From: Armatimonadota bacterium
GTDB taxonomy: Bacteria > Armatimonadota > SYMT01
Reading direction: 5' to 3'
Assembly (NCBI GenBank): GCA_046292385.1
Contig: JBKBRF010000048.1
Span: 1-50,699 of the forward strand
DNA length: 50,699 nt
The notes under the pieces were generated by a model that had not been told where the DNA came from, did not search any database, and was given only the letters and a program-made list of their open reading frames with translations. The position numbers and the translations under genes were made by a program. This document shows, piece by piece, positions 30,551 through 40,661 of the stretch; the first letter of the stretch is position 1; each line of letters begins with the position of its first letter.

Positions 30551-30646
30551 CACCACCTCCGCGGGAGGTTCGTCTCCTACCGCTCGCCCTCCTCCGGGAG
30601 ACGGGTGTCAGGCAGCCGGGCGGTATGCTGATGTTGAGGAGCCCTG

Positions 30647-31603
30647 ATGCAATCCGAGCCAGACCTCCAGCCGTTCTATCTCCCCGCGTCCCGCCCCGAA
30701 TCGGAGCCGGGCCTGCCCGCCGCCGCTCGCGTGGCGCTCTACCTTCTCTGCTGGGTAGCCGCGATCCTCGCCGCGCAAACTGTAGCCGCGGTCGGCTGGC
30801 TGAGGACCGGGGGGTCGGAGGCGCAGTTGACGACGAGTCAGCTTCCGCCTCCCCAGTTCCTCTGGCAGCTGCAGTGGACCGCGCTCCTCTTCACCCTCGG
30901 CGTGACGTACTTCTTCGTGCGCGTGATCGACCGGCGTGCGCTGCGATCGCTCGGATTCGAGCTGGTGCCGAAGTGGTGGGCGCACTGGGCGCTCGGATTC
31001 GGGATCGAGGCGGCGCACTTCTCCGCGCTCTTCCTGATCGGGGTCGCCGCCGGCTGGTACCGCGTCACCGGTACCGCCGACCTGCCCTACGCGGCGGGCA
31101 TCCTCTTCGTGGCGCTGGTGATCGCCCTCCCGGCGGCGGCGGTGGAGGAGATCACGATGCGCGGCTACGTGCACCAGGCGCTGGAGCGGCGGTATGGCGT
31201 CTGGCCCGCCGTCGCGGTGAGCTCCATCGTGTTCGCGCTCCTGCACGCGTTCAACCCGGACGGCCTCAAGCCGCTCTCCATCGTGGGACTGCTGGCCGCC
31301 GGCGTCTACCTGAGTGTCGCCTACCTCGCCACGCGCCAGCTCTGGCTCCCCATCGCGGCGCACGCCGCCTGGAACATCGCCCAAGGACCGTTCTTCGGCC
31401 TGCCGGTCAGCGGCATGGTAATGCCGGCCAGCGTCCTCGAGACCCGCATCCAGGGCCCGGAGCTCTGGACCGGCGGCGTTTTCGGACCGGAAGCCGGCCT
31501 GCTGGTGCTCCTCACCACGGCGGCTTTCACGCCGATCCTCTGGCACACCGCCCGCGCCTGGCTCACCATCCCTCGAGGAAGTACCGAACCGGAACACGTG
31601 TAA
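30647..31603 (+). CDS. CPBP (Abi/CAAX) intramembrane metalloprotease
   Basis: EEITMRG, FALLH, HAAWN, WTGGVFGPEAG; multiple TMs. Confidence 0.92.
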   Translation: MQSEPDLQPFYLPASRPESEPGLPAAARVALYLLCWVAAILAAQTVAAVGWLRTGGSEAQLTTSQLPPPQFLWQLQWTALLFTLGVTYFFVRVIDRRALRSLGFELVPKWWAHWALGFGIEAAHFSALFLIGVAAGWYRVTGTADLPYAAGILFVALVIALPAAAVEEITMRGYVHQALERRYGVWPAVAVSSIVFALLHAFNPDGLKPLSIVGLLAAGVYLSVAYLATRQLWLPIAAHAAWNIAQGPFFGLPVSGMVMPASVLETRIQGPELWTGGVFGPEAGLLVLLTTAAFTPILWHTARAWLTIPRGSTEPEHV

Positions 31604-31846
31604 GAAAAGGAGATGTGGGGATGTGGGAACGGAGATAAGGGGGATGGGCAGCCAATCGAGCTTCAGCTGCGAATCGGACTCTTTCTCCTACTGCTCTAAA
31701 AAAGGCCGTCGAGATGTAGCACGGCGGGTAAGCACTCCGGCGCGGCCTAACGCCCCAACCCCCTTCCCTGAAGTGGAAGGGGGAGTCGCAGCATCACACC
31801 CATAGCTTCCCTCTCCTCTCAGGAGAGGGACCGAGGGTGAGGCCCC
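31598..31846. repeat. Intergenic repeat mosaic with REP-like hairpins
   Basis: 20-bp block identical to 25565-25584; hairpins CCCCCTTCC..GGAAGGGGG and TCCCTCTCCT..AGGAGAGGGA. Confidence 0.65.
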
Positions 31847-32023
31847 GTGAGCAGGAGCCGGCGCCGCCCATTTACATGGCCGCGGGTGACCCGGAGGGTC
31901 ATCGACAACTCCTACTCCAATGGCCCTCCGAACCGGCGTAACCCCGGGCAGCGATCGGCCCCTCTGGAGCATCACCGCGCGCTCGCAGCAACACCCGCGG
32001 CGCGCGGCGGCAGCTCGGGCCCG

Positions 32024-33304
32024 TTACCGGTCCACTACGACGGGGGGCACGTTGGGGGCTTCGATCACCGCTTCCAGGATCGCGAACGCCATCTCGTCGG
32101 TGGTCTGCTCGCCGAAGCGGACCCGTCGGGGCGGGTCGCTCGGGTTGAGCGGGTTGTCGGTGGTGTTGTCGTAGTAGGCCACCAGCTCCACCTCGGTGCC
32201 CTTCGGTAGGAGGAGCGGCTCCCGGTAGCGGTAGCTGTCCTGCCAGCGGTAGTCCCAGCGGGGGATCCAGACCAGCTCTTTGCGCGTGCCGTCCGGCAGC
32301 TTCGCGGTCACCTTCATCTCCTGGCCCAGCAGGTGCATGTGCGGCATGATGCTCAGGACGCGCACGTCGGCCGGCAGCTTGTTGACTCCACGCACCTCGT
32401 GACGGGCGGCGCCCGGCGGGATGTCGATGTTGAGCGACCCCAGGATGAAGGTGCGCGCCTCCTGGCGGACCGGCTCCTTGGCGAAGTAGAGGCCCACGCG
32501 GGTGCGGTCCTTCTCCACCTTGCCGGTCTTGTGGTAGTGCATCTGGATCACCACGTCGGCCCCCTTGGGGAGCGGGCGGCCCACTCCGGCAGGCAGGAAG
32601 CGCGGGAGATTACCGGGCGCCCAGACGCCCTGGATGCGTGCGGCGGGGATCTTGATGCCTCCCGGGCCGGAGCTGTAGCCGGGGCCCGGATCGGCGGCGT
32701 CGAGCTTGCGTCCCTGCCCGGAGGTGTCGACGAAGCTCACCACGTGGTGGACCACCCGCGCGTTGCCGGGGCGGAAGTCGATCGCCACCACCTGCTTATC
32801 CTCGGGCAGGTTGGCCGGCAGCACGAAGACGCGGAACTCGTCGTCGCCGTGCGCCGCCACCTCGTACTCCTCGGACGGCTCCAGCACCAGGTCCGGCTCT
32901 CCCAGCATCCAGCCGTCCGTCCACACCTTCGGCTTCGGTGCGTCCTTCCGGTTCCCGGCCGGCATGCCGCCGTCGACCCAGGCCGCCAGCGTGGCGATCT
33001 CGGCGTCCGGCATGCGGCGGGAGTCGGCGAAGTCGCCGTGGTCCGGAGCGGCGAGCCAGGGCGGCATCTGCCGGTTGCCGGTGAGCGCCTTGATCTCCGT
33101 GCCCCAGCGCTTCGCCTGGTCGTAGGTCAGCAGCGAGAACGGCGCCACCTGGCCCGGCCGGTGGCAGCCTTCGCAGCGGCTCTGAAGGATCGGCGCGACG
33201 TCGCGGTAGTAAGTCGGCTTCTTCGCCGGCGCGGCGGCCCCGACCGAGACGGCGACCAGCACCCCCACGGTGCCCAACCCCCACGCGGCTCGACTGAACG
33301 ACAT
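32024..33304 (-). CDS. Exported c-type heme / copper type II ascorbate-dependent monooxygenase-like protein
   Basis: Signal peptide, CEGCH, MPPW, VVHHV, QMHY, MPHMHLLG, WDYRWQ, TTDEM. Confidence 0.8.
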   Translation of the reverse strand: MSFSRAAWGLGTVGVLVAVSVGAAAPAKKPTYYRDVAPILQSRCEGCHRPGQVAPFSLLTYDQAKRWGTEIKALTGNRQMPPWLAAPDHGDFADSRRMPDAEIATLAAWVDGGMPAGNRKDAPKPKVWTDGWMLGEPDLVLEPSEEYEVAAHGDDEFRVFVLPANLPEDKQVVAIDFRPGNARVVHHVVSFVDTSGQGRKLDAADPGPGYSSGPGGIKIPAARIQGVWAPGNLPRFLPAGVGRPLPKGADVVIQMHYHKTGKVEKDRTRVGLYFAKEPVRQEARTFILGSLNIDIPPGAARHEVRGVNKLPADVRVLSIMPHMHLLGQEMKVTAKLPDGTRKELVWIPRWDYRWQDSYRYREPLLLPKGTEVELVAYYDNTTDNPLNPSDPPRRVRFGEQTTDEMAFAILEAVIEAPNVPPVVVDR

Positions 33305-33565
33305 CGCTTCTCCCCTTGCTTCGACCGGCGGCACGCAGCGGCCCCTCTATCCCACGACATAGACGTAAGGCGCCGCCAATCGTTTCGCGGCGGGCACCCC
33401 GGAGAATGGGTCCGCTGCGGCGCGGCCCGCTGGGCACCGCTAGAATCTGTTCCGAGTAGTCTCGCCGCTATCCCGGAGGCGCGTTCGGGCGCTCCGGATC
33501 GCCCGGAAGTCAGAAGAAGGGTCCGGCGGCGGCCGCGGCGATTGACCGGGGTCCGGAGGTTGGAC

Positions 33566-33593
33566 GGTTTCCAAGCGCAACCGGAGAGGGTAG
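33566..33593 (+). promoter_or_regulatory. SigB/SigF-like promoter upstream of prkA
   Basis: GGTTT-N17-GGGTAG. Confidence 0.45.
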
Positions 33594-33751
33594 ACAGAAG
33601 GGCCGGCCTCGCACCCCGTGACCCGGCGCCGACTTCCACCCGCGAACTGCTCTCGCGGACCGCTCGAAGGAAGCGCCTGCTCGGCGGGAGGGTGCCGGTG
33701 CTCTCCGGCGCAAGCGGTGAGGGTCAACGGATACGTGAAAGGGGCAACGGA

Positions 33752-35692
33752 ATGGACCTGATGCAGCGGCTTAGCGAATTCCGCTCTGAAGAGGAGGCGC
33801 TGCGCTGGGAGGGAACCTTCGCCGAATACCTGGAGAAGGTGAAGGAGAATCCTCGGATCGCGCGCCTGGCGCACGGCCGCATCTTCGACATGATGATGGC
33901 CGCCGGCGTGGACCGGCCGGAGGACCAGGAGTATTCCCGCTACCACTTCTTCGACGACGAGTTGTTCGGGCTGGAGAAGCCGCTCCAGCAGCTGGTGGAG
34001 TACTTCAACAGCGCCGCCCAGCGGCTGGAGGTGCGCAAGCGCATCCTGCTCCTGATGGGGCCGGTCGGCGGCGGCAAGTCGACCATAGTGAGCATGCTCA
34101 AGCGGGGCCTGGAGGCGCACACCCGCAAGCCGGAAGGCGCCGTCTACTCGATCAAGGGCTGCCCGATGCACGAGGAGCCGCTCCACTTGATCCCGGACGT
34201 GCTCCGGACGGAGTTCGAGCGGGAGACCGGCGTCTACGTGGAGGGCGATCTCTGCCCCCACTGCCGCTTCTACTTCGAGCGGGACGGCTCCGACGTGCCG
34301 AACCATCCGTTCGGGAGCGACTTCCAGCGGCTCTCGTTCGAGAGCGTGCCGGTGCAGCGGATCGTCTTCAGCGAGAAGCACCGCGTCGGGATCGGCACCT
34401 TCACGCCGAGCGACCCGAAGAGCCAGGACATCTCCGAGCTGGTGGGCGGCATCGACCTCTCCACCATCGGCGAGGTGGGGGTCGAGTCCGACCCGCGCGC
34501 CTACCGCTTCGACGGAGAGCTGAACATCGCCAACCGGGGTCTCATGGAATTCATCGAGATGCTGAAGTGCGATGAGAAGTTCCTGTATGTCCTGCTCACG
34601 CTCTCCCAGGAGCAGAACATCAAGACCGGCCGGTTCTCCATGATCTATGCGGACGAGGTGGTCGTCTCGCACACCAACGAGAACGAGTACGCCGCGTTCG
34701 TCGGCAACCGTAAGAGCGAGGCGCTCCAGGACCGCATCATCCTGGTGAAGGTACCGTACAACCTGCGCGTCAGCGAGGAGATGCGGATCTACGACAAGCT
34801 GCTGCGCCAGAGCAGCGCGCTGGCGAACGTCCACATCGCGCCGCACACGCTGCGCGTCTCCAGCCTCTTCGCCATCCTGACGCGCCTGGAGCCGCCGAAG
34901 AAGGCCGGCATGAGCCTGATGAAGAAGCTCCGGCTCTACGACGGCCAGGACGTGGAAGGCTTCACCACCAAGGACGTGCGGGAGCTGCAGGAAGAGACCG
35001 ACCGCGAGGGCATGGACGGCATCAGCCCGCGCTACGTGATCAACCAGCTCTCCCGCGCGCTGATCCGCGAGGGGGTGACCTGCATCAACCCGATCGCGGC
35101 GCTCCGCGTGCTGCGGGACGGCCTGGACCAGCACACCTCCATCACCAAGGCGGACCGGGAACGCTACCTCAACCTGATCGACGAGGCGCGCCGCGAGTAC
35201 GACGACATGGCGAAGCTGGAGGTGCAGCGGGCGTTCGTCTACAGCTTCGAAGAGAGCGCGCGGACGCTGCTGAACAACTTCCTGGACAACGTGGAGGCGT
35301 TCTGCAACCGCCAGAAGGTGCGGGATCCGTTCACGGACGAGGAGGTCGACCCGGACGAGAAGCTGATGCGCTCCATCGAAGAGCAGATCGGGATCACCGA
35401 GAACGCCAAGAAGACGTTCCGCGAAGAGATCCTGATCCGCATGGCGGCGATGGCGCGCAAGGGGCAGAAGTTCGAGTACACCAGCCACGAGCGGCTGCGG
35501 GAGGCGATTGAGAAGAAGCTCTTCGCGGACCTGCGGGACGTGGTGAAGATCACCACCTCCACCAAGACTCCCGACGCGGAGCAGCTTCGGAAGATCAACG
35601 AAGTGGTCGACCGCCTGATCGAAGAGCAAGGGTACTGCCACGTCTGCGCGAATGAGCTGCTGAAGTACGTAGGGACGTTGCTGAACCGCTAG
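33752..35692 (+). CDS. prkA: PrkA/YeaG family AAA+ / serine kinase
   Basis: WEGTFAEYL, Walker A GPVGGGKST, CPMHEEPL, SQDISELVG, ANRGLMEFIEMLK, GMDGISPR; start at MDLMQRL. Confidence 0.95.
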   Translation: MDLMQRLSEFRSEEEALRWEGTFAEYLEKVKENPRIARLAHGRIFDMMMAAGVDRPEDQEYSRYHFFDDELFGLEKPLQQLVEYFNSAAQRLEVRKRILLLMGPVGGGKSTIVSMLKRGLEAHTRKPEGAVYSIKGCPMHEEPLHLIPDVLRTEFERETGVYVEGDLCPHCRFYFERDGSDVPNHPFGSDFQRLSFESVPVQRIVFSEKHRVGIGTFTPSDPKSQDISELVGGIDLSTIGEVGVESDPRAYRFDGELNIANRGLMEFIEMLKCDEKFLYVLLTLSQEQNIKTGRFSMIYADEVVVSHTNENEYAAFVGNRKSEALQDRIILVKVPYNLRVSEEMRIYDKLLRQSSALANVHIAPHTLRVSSLFAILTRLEPPKKAGMSLMKKLRLYDGQDVEGFTTKDVRELQEETDREGMDGISPRYVINQLSRALIREGVTCINPIAALRVLRDGLDQHTSITKADRERYLNLIDEARREYDDMAKLEVQRAFVYSFEESARTLLNNFLDNVEAFCNRQKVRDPFTDEEVDPDEKLMRSIEEQIGITENAKKTFREEILIRMAAMARKGQKFEYTSHERLREAIEKKLFADLRDVVKITTSTKTPDAEQLRKINEVVDRLIEEQGYCHVCANELLKYVGTLLNR

Positions 35693-35904
35693 ACGCCGGA
35701 GAAGTGGGAATAAGGGAGTACGGCGAGACCTTACTCCCTCTCCTCTCCCCCGGGAAGAAAGCGAGCATGCCACTGATAGCTCCCCTCTCCTCACAGGAGA
35801 GGGGACGGGGGTGGTCCCGCGGCGAGTGGCTCTTGAGTAGGAGCAAGAGTAAGAGAACGAGTAGGAGTAGGAGAGGGACCGGGATCGAAGGGAGCGGATG
35901 GACC
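35693..35904. repeat. Repeat mosaic in the prkA-yhbH spacer
   Basis: Hairpin at 35776-35814 resembles 31802-31841; 35845-35873 is the exact reverse complement of 25598-25626. Confidence 0.7.
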
Positions 35905-37068
35905 GTGGCGATAGTATCCGTCAGCCAGGCCGACTGGTCGCTGCACCGCAAGGGGTTCATCGACCAGGACCGGCACGAGCAAAAGATCAAGGAGGCAATC
36001 AAGAAGAACCTCCATGAGATCGTGAGCCGGGAGGACATCATCCTCTCGGACGGCAAGCGCGTGGTCAAGGTCCCGATCCGCTCCCTGGAGCAGTACAAGT
36101 TCCGCTTCGACCACAACAAAGGCGAGCGTGTGGGCCAGGGGCAGGGCGGGACGAAGGTCGGCGACGTCGTCGCGCGCGATCCGGACGACGGGCAGGGCCA
36201 GGGGGCCGGCAAGGGCAAGGGCCAGGCCGGCGACCAGGCGGGAGTCGACTACTTCGAGGCGGAGGTCGACATCGACGAGCTTTCCGCGCTGATCTTCGAG
36301 GACCTGGGGCTGCCGAACCTGGAGGAGAAACGGAGCCGCCAGCTCGAGGTGGAGAGCGTCGCGTTCAAAGACATCCGCCGCGCCGGGATCATGGCGAACC
36401 TCGACAAGCGCCGGACCGTGATGGAGAACATCAAGCGCAACGCGATGCGCGGGGACGCCCGCTTCGGGAACATCCGGAGCGAGGACCTGCGGTTCAAGAC
36501 GTGGGACCGCGAGGTGCGGCACGAGTCGAACGCGGTGGTGATCGCGATGATGGACGTCTCCGGCTCCATGGGCGAGTTCGAGAAGTACATCGCGCGGAGC
36601 TTCTATTTCTGGATGGTCCGCTTCCTCCGCACGAAGTACGAGAACGTGGAGATCGTCTTCATCTCCCACCACACCGAGGCGAAGATCGTCTCCGAAGAGG
36701 AGTTCTTCACCAAGGGAGAGAGCGGCGGCACCCGCGTCTCCAGTGCCTACTCCCTGGCGCTGGAGACGATCCAGGAACGGTACCGCCCGGAAGAGTGGAA
36801 CATCTACCCGTTCCACTTCTCCGACGGCGACAACATGTTCAGCGACAACCGGACCTGCGTGGAGCTGGTCCACCGCCTGCTGGAGGTCTGCAATCTCTTC
36901 GGGTACGGGCAGATCAAGCAGGGCTGGTATCCCGCCGGCACGCTGATGAGCGTCTACAGCCAGGAGATCGACAACGATAAGTTCGTGGCGGTCACCATCG
37001 AGGACAAGGAAGACGTCTACCCGGCGCTCCGCAAGTTCTTCGCCCTGCGGAGCCCGATCCCGGCCTGA
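35905..37068 (+). CDS. yhbH: YhbH/YeaH (DUF444) VWA-like protein
   Basis: DWSLHRKG..DQ.RH, MMDVSGSM, GESGGT, FHFSDGDN; GTG start. Confidence 0.93.
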   Translation: MAIVSVSQADWSLHRKGFIDQDRHEQKIKEAIKKNLHEIVSREDIILSDGKRVVKVPIRSLEQYKFRFDHNKGERVGQGQGGTKVGDVVARDPDDGQGQGAGKGKGQAGDQAGVDYFEAEVDIDELSALIFEDLGLPNLEEKRSRQLEVESVAFKDIRRAGIMANLDKRRTVMENIKRNAMRGDARFGNIRSEDLRFKTWDREVRHESNAVVIAMMDVSGSMGEFEKYIARSFYFWMVRFLRTKYENVEIVFISHHTEAKIVSEEEFFTKGESGGTRVSSAYSLALETIQERYRPEEWNIYPFHFSDGDNMFSDNRTCVELVHRLLEVCNLFGYGQIKQGWYPAGTLMSVYSQEIDNDKFVAVTIEDKEDVYPALRKFFALRSPIPA

Positions 37069-37142
37069 GGTGCCGCCGGTCTCCGTCCTCACGCACCGGC
37101 GCGCAGCCCGCTTTCCGGGAGATGCGGAACTGAACTTTGACC

Positions 37143-38597
37143 ATGAGCAGTGATCTCGATGCCCTCCGCAACGCCGTCCAGGAGATCTGGGAGGCGAGCG
37201 AGTCGACCGGTCTCGACCCGTTCCCGATCCACTTCGACATCGTCCCGGCCAGCGTGATGTACGAGATCGGCGCGTACGGTCTTCCGGGGCGCTTCTCCCA
37301 CTGGACCCACGGGAAAGCATTCCACCAGATGAAGACCATGTATGACTATGGTCTCTCCAAGATCTACGAGCTGATCATCAACACCAACCCGGCGCAGGCG
37401 TTCCTGATGGAAGCGAACAGCCTGATCCAGAACAAGCTGGTGATCGCGCACGTCATCGGGCACTCCGACTTCTTCAAGCGCAACGCCTACTTCCAGCACA
37501 CCGACCGCCAGATGGCGGAGACCGCCGGCGTGACCGCGGAGCGGATCCGCGCCTACGAGCGGGAGCACGGCGAGAAGGTGGTGGAGGAGTTCCTCGACGC
37601 GGTGCTCTCCATCCAGGAGCACATCGACCCGCACCTCCGCATGCGCCGCCGCGACGGCAGCGCCCCCGCCGAGCCGCCCCGGCGCCGCACCACCCCGTAC
37701 GACGACCTCTGGCGCATGCGGGAGAAGGAAGAAGACGCGCCCGCCGCCCCACGGCCCCGCATCCCGGAAGAGCCGGAGAAAGACCTGCTGCTCTTCCTGC
37801 TGGAGTACGCGCCGGAGCTGCAAGACTGGCAGCGGGACGTGCTGAACATCGTCCGCAACGAGATGATCTACTTCCTGCCGCAGATGCAGACCAAGACCAT
37901 GAACGAGGGCTGGGCCTCCTACTGGCACAGCCGCATCTTGCGGGAAATGGACCTTACGGCGGAGGAGCACCTGGAGTTCACGCGCCTGCACGCGGGCGTG
38001 CTCTCCCCTTCGCCGCGGGGCACCTCGATCAATCCGTACTACGTCGGGTTCAAGATCTTCGAGGATATCGAGCGGCGCTGGAACGGGGACCTCACCGAAG
38101 AGGAGCGGCGGGAGTACCGGGAGACGAACTTCGGCAAGGAATGGCCGCACGCCGGCAAGGGCCGCGAGAAGATGTTCGAAGTGCGGGAGATGGAGAACGA
38201 CGTCTCCTTCCTGCGCAACTACCTCACCCGCAAGCTGGTGGATGAGCTCGACATGTACATCTACCGCAAGGAAGGCAACGAGTGGGTGGTGGTGGAGAAG
38301 GACTGGCGGAAGATCCGGGACTCGCTGGTGGAGAGCATGACCAACTTCGGCTTCCCGTACCTCGTGGTACAGGACGGCGACTACCGCCGCGCGCGGGAGC
38401 TGCTGCTTCACCACAGCTTCGACGGCCGCGAGCTCGACCCCAACTACGGGTTCAAGACGCTCCGCTACCTCTACCAGCTCTGGGGCCGGCCGGTCCACCT
38501 GGAGACGACGGTCGATGACCAGCCGGTGCTCTGGACCTACGACGGGGAGCAGGAGCTGGTAAACCAGAAGCCGGCTCAGGGTGAGCAAGCGCCATAG
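37143..38597 (+). CDS. spoVR: SpoVR/YcgB family protein
   Basis: GLPGRFSHWTHGK, IYELIIN, AHVIGHSDFF, TKTMNEGWASYWH, NPYYVG, LWGRPVHLET. Confidence 0.95.
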   Translation: MSSDLDALRNAVQEIWEASESTGLDPFPIHFDIVPASVMYEIGAYGLPGRFSHWTHGKAFHQMKTMYDYGLSKIYELIINTNPAQAFLMEANSLIQNKLVIAHVIGHSDFFKRNAYFQHTDRQMAETAGVTAERIRAYEREHGEKVVEEFLDAVLSIQEHIDPHLRMRRRDGSAPAEPPRRRTTPYDDLWRMREKEEDAPAAPRPRIPEEPEKDLLLFLLEYAPELQDWQRDVLNIVRNEMIYFLPQMQTKTMNEGWASYWHSRILREMDLTAEEHLEFTRLHAGVLSPSPRGTSINPYYVGFKIFEDIERRWNGDLTEEERREYRETNFGKEWPHAGKGREKMFEVREMENDVSFLRNYLTRKLVDELDMYIYRKEGNEWVVVEKDWRKIRDSLVESMTNFGFPYLVVQDGDYRRARELLLHHSFDGRELDPNYGFKTLRYLYQLWGRPVHLETTVDDQPVLWTYDGEQELVNQKPAQGEQAP

Positions 38598-38720
38598 TCG
38601 CTCGCTTCCGCGGCCCGGGGCGACCGCGGGCCGGCCACTCCCGAAGAAACGGGCGCGCGGAATGCCAGCAGGCCGCTACCGCCAGCCCTCTCGGTGGAGG
38701 CACCGCTCCCCGGTTTTGTC

Positions 38721-38850
38721 ATTCTTCACTGCGTTCAGGATGACCCCCGAGGAGGCGAGCGGAGTCCGCGCCTCGCCGGCGCTGCCACGGGCGCGTACCT
38801 CACGGACCCGGGAAGCTGGAAACGGTAGGGCCACCCGTCCTCACCGGCAG
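38721..38850 (+). repeat. Partial second copy of the 10.9-11.1 kb element
   Basis: ATTCTTCACTGCGTTCAGGATGAC and GTAGGGCCACCCGTCCTCACCGGCAG (24/26 identical to 11101-11126). Confidence 0.65.
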
Positions 38851-38857
38851 AAACCAC

Positions 38858-38884
38858 GATGGCCGGGGTTCACCCCCGGCCATC
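38858..38884 (-). terminator. Hairpin downstream of the stress operon
   Basis: 11-bp stem GATGGCCGGGG / CCCCGGCCATC. Confidence 0.55.
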
Positions 38885-38916
38885 CTGTCTACCTCCGGCC
38901 CTGTCCCCTGCGCCGC

Positions 38917-40194
38917 TTACGCGGTGCCGGGTCGGCCAGTGCTCGAGGTGGTCGACCAATCATCGACACCCAGCTCTTCCTCCGTCTCCTCATCGGAGAG
39001 GGAGGTGTAGGTGGTCGCGGTCTCCACGTGGGCGGTGGTGGCGCCGGTGCTGCCTTCCGACCCGACCCCCGGGATGCCGGAGAACTCGTTCATGCCGCCG
39101 GTTCCGCCCATGGCAGTCCCCATCTGACTACCCTGGGTGCCCTGCCCGCCGCCGCTCATCATCGACTCCGGAGTCAGGCCCTGGCTCTGGGCTTCCTGCT
39201 TGACGGTCTCCTTCGTCTGCTCCAGGACGTGCCCCGCCTCTTCCTTTACCGTCTCGGCGGCGCGCTGGGCGACGGTCTGCACCTTCCCGCCGATCTCCTG
39301 GGCCCGCTCCTTGGCCTGGTCCATCAACCGGTCGCGCGTCTCGCCCATCATCCGGTCTTCCGCGCGGGTCTCCGGGAGCAGCATGCCGGCGACGGCGCCC
39401 AGCAGCATCGCGCCCGCGGCCAGCGCGAACGGGTTGTTCTGGCGCAGGTCGTGGAACATATCGGAGAGCTCTTCCGCCCGGGAGCGCGCCTCCAGCTTCA
39501 TCAGGCTGGCGCGGTAGGCCGCCTCGTCGCCGACGCCGCTCACCTTTTCCTTGACGGTACCGGCGAGCTCGCTCGCCCTGGTGCGGACGTTCTCCGCCAT
39601 CTCTCCGGCGCGCTCGCGGGCCTCGTGCGCCATCTCGCCGGCCCGCTCGCCCACGTCGCTCATCCGGCGCTGGGCACGCTCGGTCAGGGAGCTGCCGGAG
39701 CCCGCTTCCGCCTCCATACCCTCGTAGCGGCCGCCGGTGGCGCCGTAGGCGGTGCCCTCATAGTAAGAGCCGCCGTACTGCGGTCCGTGGAGCTCCCGGT
39801 AGCGGCCGCCGCGGTAGCCGCCCTCGCGATACCGCCGGCCCGAAGTGGAGCCGCTGCTCTGGCGGCTCATCAGGAGCCAGCCGATCCCGATACCGATCAG
39901 CGCGAACGGAATGGGATCCCGGCGCACCGTGTCCCACGCGGACTGTCCCGCGTCGCGTACGTTGTCCATATATACCTCCGCCGTATCCTTCACGCTCGTC
40001 ATCGCGCTGTCCATCGCGTGCTGCGCGCGGCCGATCGTGGCATCGTGCAGCCCCTGCTTCGCCTGCTCGGCCAGGTGACTCGGATCGAGCCGGTCCTTCA
40101 GCTCGTTGATCGTGTCGCTCATCTCCGCCCGGGTCTGCTCCACGCGCTCCCGGTGCTCGCGGATCTCGCGATCACTCATATCGGTCTGGTCCAT
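38917..40194 (-). CDS. DUF3618-domain protein with LEA-like helical repeats and an ElaB/YqjD-like segment
   Basis: IR...E.TRAEMS.TI.EL..RL.P, PIPFALIG, NPFAL...G...G.LLPET..E...MG. Confidence 0.8.
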   Translation of the reverse strand: MDQTDMSDREIREHRERVEQTRAEMSDTINELKDRLDPSHLAEQAKQGLHDATIGRAQHAMDSAMTSVKDTAEVYMDNVRDAGQSAWDTVRRDPIPFALIGIGIGWLLMSRQSSGSTSGRRYREGGYRGGRYRELHGPQYGGSYYEGTAYGATGGRYEGMEAEAGSGSSLTERAQRRMSDVGERAGEMAHEARERAGEMAENVRTRASELAGTVKEKVSGVGDEAAYRASLMKLEARSRAEELSDMFHDLRQNNPFALAAGAMLLGAVAGMLLPETRAEDRMMGETRDRLMDQAKERAQEIGGKVQTVAQRAAETVKEEAGHVLEQTKETVKQEAQSQGLTPESMMSGGGQGTQGSQMGTAMGGTGGMNEFSGIPGVGSEGSTGATTAHVETATTYTSLSDEETEEELGVDDWSTTSSTGRPGTA

Positions 40195-40235
40195 CACTTC
40201 CCCTCCATCTCCCGTCGTGGTTCATTCGTTTCCGC

Positions 40236-40658
40236 CTACGCGGCGCGCCGGCGCACCGCGGGCCGCTCTTGCTCGCTCACGTCTTCTGTGAGCGCCTCCA
40301 CCGTCTCGCGCGGCGCCAGGTCTTCCTTCTTCAGGGCATCCAGGCCCTTCCAGGCGAGGAAGCCGCCGCCCGCGGTCACGGCAATGCCGACCAGCAGCGC
40401 GGAGAGCCAGAGCGGCACCCCGAGCGCGGCGAGGATGAAGACCACCGCCGCCAGCAGCGTCAGGAAGCCGCCGTAGGCGATCGCGCCGCCCGCCGCGATC
40501 ATCCCGGCGTCCTTGCCGGCCCGGCGGGCCTTCGTGGTCAGCTCCGCCTTCGCCAGCGCCACCTCTTCCCGCACCAGCGTGGTCACTTCCCGGGTGAGAT
40601 CTCCGAACAGCTCTCCCAGGCTGCGCTCCTCGCCGGGGCGTCGTGCGTCCGACATCAT
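40236..40658 (-). CDS. YqjE-like / holin-like (DUF1469) membrane protein
   Basis: RSLGELF..L......LVREEVALAKAE, two TMs, LAPRETVE.L.ED. Confidence 0.85.
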   Translation of the reverse strand: MMSDARRPGEERSLGELFGDLTREVTTLVREEVALAKAELTTKARRAGKDAGMIAAGGAIAYGGFLTLLAAVVFILAALGVPLWLSALLVGIAVTAGGGFLAWKGLDALKKEDLAPRETVEALTEDVSEQERPAVRRRAA

Positions 40659-40661
40659 CGC

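Noticed and set aside
32333..33751. Apparent 473-aa N-terminal extension of PrkA
   Set aside because: Antisense shadow of the monooxygenase gene; PrkA similarity begins at ATG 33752.
40236..40658. Prophage suggested by the holin-like gene
   Set aside because: Context is a DUF883/DUF3618 stress operon with no phage genes.
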